Origin: an uncultured Gammaproteobacteria bacterium
GTDB lineage: Bacteria > Pseudomonadota > Gammaproteobacteria > Xanthomonadales > Rhodanobacteraceae
Direction of reading: 5' to 3'
Assembly (NCBI GenBank): GCA_963817755.1
Contig: CAWFPB010000005.1
Span: 70,593 to 134,592, forward strand
DNA length: 64,000 nucleotides
Part shown: one piece after another, positions 58,635 through 64,000 of the stretch
How positions within the stretch are numbered: the stretch's first letter is position 1
How the letters are laid out: each line of letters starts with the position of its first letter
Notes under the pieces: generated by a model
What the model was told of the DNA's origin: nothing
Databases searched by the model: none
What the model saw: only the letters and a program-made list of their open reading frames with translations
Position numbers and translations under genes: made by a program

Positions 58635-59523
58635 GCCAGAAATCATAGAAATTGAACCAGTTGTAGGGATGTGCACGCGCATGGTGCTCAAGCCGTTGCG
58701 CATAGGCACGCACGAACTCCGCGACCGCCTCGCCACGCGCGCGGCGCGGCAGGTCACGTGGGTCGGCGAACGACTCGAACACCAGCTTATAGCGATTGCC
58801 CCCGAGGTACAGCCCGAAGCACAGCGTCACCGGAATGCGCAGGGTTGCCGCCAGCATCCACGGACCCACCGGGAACGCGGCCGGACGCCCAAGGAACGGC
58901 ACCCGCAGCATGTTCTCGCCGTGATGTCCCCTGTCGGCGAGCAGGGCCACCATGTGGCCCTGGCGTGCAGCCTCGCCCACGGCAAGCACCACCGAGGCCG
59001 GGTCCTGCGAGCCGTCGATCACGCCCCGGCCGATATCCGGTGCCAGTGCGTCGAGCAGGGCCGTGAGCGCCGGAGCCTGCTTCTTGTCCAGCACCACGCG
59101 AAGGGCCACCTCGTCATGCCGCTGGGACAGCATGCGCAAGGCCTCGAAACTGCCCAGGTGCGAACCCATCAACAACATCCCGCCGCCCTCGTCGAGCCGT
59201 TGATGCATCTGTTCGAGGCCCTCGATCTCGAGCCGGAAACCGTTCTCCCCCCGCGCCAGCATGAACACGCGGTCCAGGATGACCGATGCGAAACTGTGGA
59301 TGTGACGCAGGACCTGCCAGGGCGAGGCCGAACTCCCCTGCACCCGGCTCAGGAAATGGTGCGATGCGCGGCGTTCGTACCCGCGCCGGAAGTAGAAATA
59401 CAGCGTCACCGGATACAGGATCACGCGCGCGATGCCGCGACCGCAGTACAGGGCAATGAAGCGGATCAGCCACAGGGCGAAGAATCCGCCGCCCTCCGGC
59501 CGCTGGCGCCAATGCGCGCTCAT
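58564..59523 (-). CDS. LpxL-like acyltransferase (aryl-polyene transfer)
   Basis: WRQRPEGG, GSHLGSFE (HxxxxE), LLADRG, PYNWFNFYDFW. Confidence 0.88.
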   Translation of the reverse strand: MSAHWRQRPEGGGFFALWLIRFIALYCGRGIARVILYPVTLYFYFRRGYERRASHHFLSRVQGSSASPWQVLRHIHSFASVILDRVFMLARGENGFRLEIEGLEQMHQRLDEGGGMLLMGSHLGSFEALRMLSQRHDEVALRVVLDKKQAPALTALLDALAPDIGRGVIDGSQDPASVVLAVGEAARQGHMVALLADRGHHGENMLRVPFLGRPAAFPVGPWMLAATLRIPVTLCFGLYLGGNRYKLVFESFADPRDLPRRARGEAVAEFVRAYAQRLEHHARAHPYNWFNFYDFWHDPSQVDGASADAGRDDRVGAGA

Positions 59524-59834
59524 GGACAAGCCTCCACGCGACCACGGACCAGCACTCGCTCGTCGCCACGGATCTCGAAACGCAGACGCGGCGGCTCGCC
59601 GATCAGTTCCACGCGCGCCTCGCATCCGGGCAGCAGCGGCGCCATGAACTTGGCCTCGACGATGCGCGCCAGGCGCAGGCCGTGGCGCATTCGCAACGCC
59701 TGCGCCACGTGCTCGAGCAACACCACCCCCGGCACCAGCGGATGACCGGGGAAATGACCCGGAAGGCAAGGATGGTCGCGATCGATCCGGATCGTCATCG
59801 GCCGCTCCACACCGTGGTTGTCGTGGAGGGTCAT
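59520..59834 (-). CDS. FabA/FabZ-like dehydratase subunit (ApeI-like)
   Basis: HPCLPGHFPGHPLVPGVVLL, EAKFMAPLLPG. Confidence 0.85.
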   Translation of the reverse strand: MTLHDNHGVERPMTIRIDRDHPCLPGHFPGHPLVPGVVLLEHVAQALRMRHGLRLARIVEAKFMAPLLPGCEARVELIGEPPRLRFEIRGDERVLVRGRVEACP

Positions 59835-60517
59835 CGGTCACCGCCGGTTTCTTGTGCCCGGACAATTCGCGGCCAGCATGCCAGCAGTCGGCGCACAAAG
59901 GCATGCACCGGCAGGTGCGGCTGTCCGCGAAAGCGCCAGCGTCGCCAGGCGTATTCGGCGGTCATGGCCAGCACCGGCAAGGCGTACCCTCCCGCCTGCA
60001 GCCACGCATGCGTCCACGCCGGTGCTGCGTTGCCACGCTGCAGCAGTTGCTGCCAGCAGACGCCGAGCACCACGACCTGGGCTCCTGTCAGGACGGCCCA
60101 ATAGATGGTCACGGCCCGGGTGTAGCCCCTCACGCCCGGCAATTGCAGACGCTCCTCGCCCTCGACCTCGCGCACCACGCGGGTGACCAGCGGCTCGCGA
60201 TTGCGTCGAAGGGTGCGGGCAAAGATCCAGCAAAGGCCAGCGTTGATCAGGATCGGCAGCGTCCCCAGCACGGTGCGCGAGTGGCCCCGCATGTCCAGCC
60301 ACAGCAGCCCCGCACCCAGGATCAGCCAGACCACGAATCCGCCCACGCGCCGCACCGGTAGCGCCAGGGCCAGCATCAGCACCAGCATCGGAACGGCCGC
60401 CCGTAGCGCCCAGCCCTGGCTGCCCAGCGTACCGACGCCAGCCAGCACGACATAGCCCGCAAGCACCAGCGGCAGCAGGCGACGTGGAAGATGTCCGGTT
60501 TGCGTCGACACGGTCAA
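59831..60517 (-). CDS. Aryl-polyene-cluster membrane protein (COG4648-like)
   Basis: Multi-TM; PILINAGLCWIFARTL...EPLVTRV, YTRAVTIYWA, AEYAWRR. Confidence 0.75.
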   Translation of the reverse strand: MTVSTQTGHLPRRLLPLVLAGYVVLAGVGTLGSQGWALRAAVPMLVLMLALALPVRRVGGFVVWLILGAGLLWLDMRGHSRTVLGTLPILINAGLCWIFARTLRRNREPLVTRVVREVEGEERLQLPGVRGYTRAVTIYWAVLTGAQVVVLGVCWQQLLQRGNAAPAWTHAWLQAGGYALPVLAMTAEYAWRRWRFRGQPHLPVHAFVRRLLACWPRIVRAQETGGDR

Positions 60518-60526
60518 GCCGTGTCG

Positions 60527-60799
60527 TCAGACTTCGACCCGACGCTGCTCGATGTGCTCGGACAACGAACGCAGACTGGCGAAGATTTCGCGATTTTCGG
60601 GATTGTCCGAGCGCAGCTGGAAGCCGTAGCGCTGGGACACGGCCAGAGCGATTTCCAGCGCGTCGATCGAATCCAGCCCCAGGTCACCGCCGAAAAGCGG
60701 GGCCTCCGGATCCATGTCCGCGGCCTGGACGTCCTCGAGATTGAGGCTGTCGACGATGAGTTCGGCCAGTTCGTGCTCGGCTTCGGTCTGTTTGCTCAT
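60527..60799 (-). CDS. Acyl carrier protein (XanC-like)
   Basis: PLFGGDLGLDSIDALE phosphopantetheine Ser motif. Confidence 0.93.
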   Translation of the reverse strand: MSKQTEAEHELAELIVDSLNLEDVQAADMDPEAPLFGGDLGLDSIDALEIALAVSQRYGFQLRSDNPENREIFASLRSLSEHIEQRRVEV

Positions 60800-60934
60800 G
60801 CCAGATTCTCTTTTCCCCCGGTACGCCAGCCATTCCCGGATTGGCGCGCGCGGAGTGTACCATAGGGCGTTTTCCCCGATTGCCGGAAGCGACCCGCCCG
60901 CCGTGGTCGCCGGCACGATTGCGACGGATCCCGC

Positions 60935-61936
60935 ATGAACCACCCGCCTACGCCGCAAAGCCGCACCCCCTCCGCATGCCATCCGCACGTGCGCTACCGC
61001 CCTTCCGCGCAGGCCGGCAACCTGCTGCATGAACCCGGCACGCTGGCCGTCCTGGAATTCGGCACGCAACAGCCTGGACGGGAAGACCCCCGCTCACTCG
61101 CCGTACCCCTGCAAGCCCTCCCGGCCGGCGGCTCCGGCATCTGCGAGCACTGGAGCGTGGAGGCCAAGGTCGAATGCGGGCGCAACGCCGGATTGCATTG
61201 GGCGCGTGGCGGTGGCTGGCTGTTCGTCTCGCTGACCCTGGACGAACGTGAGCACGGCGGCCCTGGGGCCACGGCCGCGCAGGCCTATACGCGTTTGTGC
61301 GACTTCCTGGCCAGTAGTGCGCAACGGCACGTCCAGCGCCTGTGGAACTACGTCAGCGACATCAATGCCGGTACCGGTGACGACGAACGATACAAGCAGT
61401 TCTGCGCCGGACGGTTGCGTGGCATGGGCGACATGTTCGTCGACGGTTTCCCCGCCGCGACCGCCATCGGCCACCACCTGCAGGCGCCGCTGTTGCAGGT
61501 GTACTGCCTGGCTGCCGAGCATCCCGGCGCACGCGTGGAGAACCCGCGCCAGATGAGCGCGTGGCGCTATCCGCGCCAGTACGGCCCCACCCCGCCCAGT
61601 TTTGCCCGTGCCATGCGACTGCGCGGCGAGAACGCGCTGGCCATCTCCGGCACGGCCTCGATCACCGGTCACGAATCGCGGCACCCGGAAGACCTCCAGG
61701 CGCAGCTGGCCGAGACCCTGGCCAACCTGCGCGCGCTGCTGCGCGAAGGCGGATTGCCCGAGCACTTCACCGCCGACGACCCGCTCAAGGTCTACGTGCG
61801 CCACCCCGAACACGCCGAGGCAGTGAACGCGTTCCTGGCTGAACACGTGCCTCACGCGCCGCGCCTTCTGCTGGAAGGCGACGTGTGCCGGCGCGAGCTG
61901 CTGGTGGAAATCGACGGCTGGCGCTACGCGCACTAG
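60935..61936 (+). CDS. xanB2: FkbO/Hyg5/XanB2-family chorismatase (hydroxybenzoate-forming)
   Basis: RLWNY, ENPRQMSAWRYPRQYGP..PSFARA, ISGTASITGHES, DVCRRELLVEIDG. Confidence 0.85.
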   Translation: MNHPPTPQSRTPSACHPHVRYRPSAQAGNLLHEPGTLAVLEFGTQQPGREDPRSLAVPLQALPAGGSGICEHWSVEAKVECGRNAGLHWARGGGWLFVSLTLDEREHGGPGATAAQAYTRLCDFLASSAQRHVQRLWNYVSDINAGTGDDERYKQFCAGRLRGMGDMFVDGFPAATAIGHHLQAPLLQVYCLAAEHPGARVENPRQMSAWRYPRQYGPTPPSFARAMRLRGENALAISGTASITGHESRHPEDLQAQLAETLANLRALLREGGLPEHFTADDPLKVYVRHPEHAEAVNAFLAEHVPHAPRLLLEGDVCRRELLVEIDGWRYAH

Positions 61937-62109
61937 GTGCACCAGGCGCGTTCCACGCCGATCTCACCGTCACGGGGGGAAGCACCGATCGCGCACGCCC
62001 TCGGTCACGTCACCCGCAACTTTCATGGGGCGCGGAGACGCATGGCGGGCTTCGTCCGCCCTGCGCGATGGAGCACGCACGCCGCCAGCCCGCTGCTGGC
62101 GCGTGATCT

Positions 62110-63480
62110 TCAATCGGCCTTCTTCTGCGGGCGCTGCCAGCCCTTGAGCGTGACCTGGCGGGCGCGCGCGACCGTCAGCTGGCCTTCCGGCGCGTCCCCG
62201 CTGATCACGGAACCGGCGCCAACGGTGGCCCGGGCGCCGATGGTCACGGGCGCCACCAGAGCGCAGTTGGAGCCGATGAAGGCGCCATCGCCGATCCGTG
62301 TCAGGTGCTTGTTCACGCCGTCGTAGTTGCAGGTGATGGTGCCGGCGCCGATGTTGGCCCCGGCGCCGATCTGGGCGTCGCCCAGGTAGGTCAGGTGATT
62401 GGCCTTGCTGCCCGGCCCCAGGGTCGCCTTCTTCATTTCCACGAAGTTGCCGACATGGGCGTCGGCAGCCAGGACGGCCCCCGGCCGCAGGCGGGCGAAC
62501 GGGCCGATGGTGCACGGCCCCTCGGTCACCGCGCCTTCCAGGTCGCAATGCGCATGCACCACGGTACCGGCGGCCAGCCGGACGTCGCGCAGGCGGCAGA
62601 ACGGGCCGATGCGCACGCCCTCGCCCAGTTCCACCTCGCCTTCCAGGATCACGTCGACGTCGATCTCCACGTCGCGTCCGGCGCTCACGTTTCCGCGCGC
62701 ATCGAAGCGCGCCGGGTCGGCGATGCGCACCCCGGCCTCGGCCAGTTCTCGCGCGCGGCGGTGCCGATAATGCGCCTCCAGCCCGGCCAGTTGCCAGGCG
62801 TTGTTGGCGCCGGCCGCGTCGCCGGCCTCGGCCAGCACCACGCAGCGCGCCGGGGAGCCGGCCGCGGCGGCCTGGCCGAACACGTCGGTGAGGTAGTACT
62901 CGCCCTGGGCATTGTCGTTGCCCAGCGTGCCCAGCCAGACCCGCAGCGGGGCGGCGTCGGCGGCGACGATGCCGGTGTTGGTCAGGCACACCGCTCGCTG
63001 TTCATCGGTGGCGTCCTTTTCCTCGACAATGGCGTCCACGTGTCCATTCTCGTCCCGCAGCACGCGACCGTAGCCGGCCGGATCGTCCTGCTCGGCGGCC
63101 AGCACGGCCAGGGCGCCGTCGGCGCCGACCAGCGCGTCCAGGTCGTCCGTGCGCAGCAGCGGCACATCGCCGTACAGCACCAGCACGCGGGCCTCGTCGG
63201 GCACCTGCGCCATGGCCAGCTGCACGGCATGCCCGGTACCCAGCTGCTCGTCCTGCGCCACCCAGGTCAGGCCGGCATCGTCGGCGAATGCGGCACGCAA
63301 CTGCTCGCCGCGATGGCCGTACACCACGTGCACCCGCGCCGGACGCAGGGACCGGGCGGTATCGAGCACATGGGCGAGCATCGGCCGCCCGGCCAGTGGC
63401 AGCATCACCTTGGCCTTCGCCGATTGCATGCGCTTGCCCTCGCCGGCGGCGAGGACGATGACGTGTAGCGGTGCGCTCAT
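62110..63480 (-). CDS. glmU: Bifunctional UDP-GlcNAc pyrophosphorylase/GlcN-1-P acetyltransferase
   Basis: [50 protein letters not shown]. Confidence 0.97.
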   Translation of the reverse strand: MSAPLHVIVLAAGEGKRMQSAKAKVMLPLAGRPMLAHVLDTARSLRPARVHVVYGHRGEQLRAAFADDAGLTWVAQDEQLGTGHAVQLAMAQVPDEARVLVLYGDVPLLRTDDLDALVGADGALAVLAAEQDDPAGYGRVLRDENGHVDAIVEEKDATDEQRAVCLTNTGIVAADAAPLRVWLGTLGNDNAQGEYYLTDVFGQAAAAGSPARCVVLAEAGDAAGANNAWQLAGLEAHYRHRRARELAEAGVRIADPARFDARGNVSAGRDVEIDVDVILEGEVELGEGVRIGPFCRLRDVRLAAGTVVHAHCDLEGAVTEGPCTIGPFARLRPGAVLAADAHVGNFVEMKKATLGPGSKANHLTYLGDAQIGAGANIGAGTITCNYDGVNKHLTRIGDGAFIGSNCALVAPVTIGARATVGAGSVISGDAPEGQLTVARARQVTLKGWQRPQKKAD

Positions 63481-63549
63481 GTTGCGTCCCTGTACGATTC
63501 CGCCCGCCACTTTGCCGCAAACCGGCGTCCGCTGCCTAGTCGAAGCGCC

Positions 63550-64000
63550 TCAGGACGATTCGGCCGCGCGATGCACGCCGGCCACGGCACGCCCGGAGGG
63601 ATCGTCGCATCCCTCGAAAGCCTTGGACCAGCGGTAGGCGGTCGGCGTCGAACAGGCGATGCTGGGTCCGCCGGGCACGGTGCGCGCGGCGGCGTCTCCG
63701 GGGTAGTGCTGCTCGAACAGTACACGGTAGAGATACGCTTCCTTGCTCTGCGGCGGGTTGATGGCAAAGCGCTGTGACGCCAGCGCCATCTGCGCCTCGC
63801 TGACCTGCGCAGTTGCGTAGTCCTTCAGCGCATCGATCCAGCCGTAGCCGACGCCATCGGAGAATTGCTCCTTCTGACGCCACAGGATGTCTTCCGGCAG
63901 CAGTCCCCGGCCGGCTTCGCGCAGGATGTTCTTCTCGATGCGCCCGTTCCCCGGACGCTTGGCCGACGGTGCCGTGTGCATGGCCGCCTCGAGGAAGGTC
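63550..64000 (-). CDS. asnB: Asparagine synthetase B, C-terminal part (5' end outside window)
   Basis: IEKNILRE, WRQKEQFSDGVGYGWID, SKEAYLYR, VPGGPSIACS, DDPSGRAV. Confidence 0.93.
   Translation of the reverse strand, partial: TFLEAAMHTAPSAKRPGNGRIEKNILREAGRGLLPEDILWRQKEQFSDGVGYGWIDALKDYATAQVSEAQMALASQRFAINPPQSKEAYLYRVLFEQHYPGDAAARTVPGGPSIACSTPTAYRWSKAFEGCDDPSGRAVAGVHRAAESS

Noticed and set aside
61937-62326. 129-aa ORF after the chorismatase as a ligase remnant
   Set aside because: No adenylation motifs; more than half is antisense to glmU.

Overview
GC-rich window of a Xanthomonadales-type chromosome; gene content and order suggest Rhodanobacteraceae (inference). It holds about 64 coding regions. 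I saw no rRNA, tRNA, CRISPR array, transposase or prophage. Core genes: putA (3' part), fadL, ycgL, a membrane-anchored ankyrin protein, kef, hemB, rsmG-parA-parB, algZ/algR-like pair with hemC, glmU and asnB (3' part). Accessory modules: (1) ECF sigma with a zinc-binding anti-sigma; (2) a four-gene second phospholipid cassette (YnbA-like, YqaA/DedA-like, PlsC-like, YnbB-like); (3) a complete bufferin-type MNIO RiPP operon whose precursor has Met/His-containing ends; (4) WYL regulator plus patatin; (5) divergent secreted S9 peptidases; (6) a secreted PHI-1/EXORDIUM-like protein; (7) dsbG-tlpA with no dsbD; (8) a decaying DUF2256 gene plus SDR; (9) persulfide dioxygenase plus TauE; (10) MarR-EmrAB-OMF efflux; (11) a xanthomonadin-like halogenated aryl-polyene cluster that lacks the starter ligase and is split by an AraC gene. 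All family calls come from motif recognition by eye; no database search was run. Starts were moved from the ORF track to the most plausible codon.
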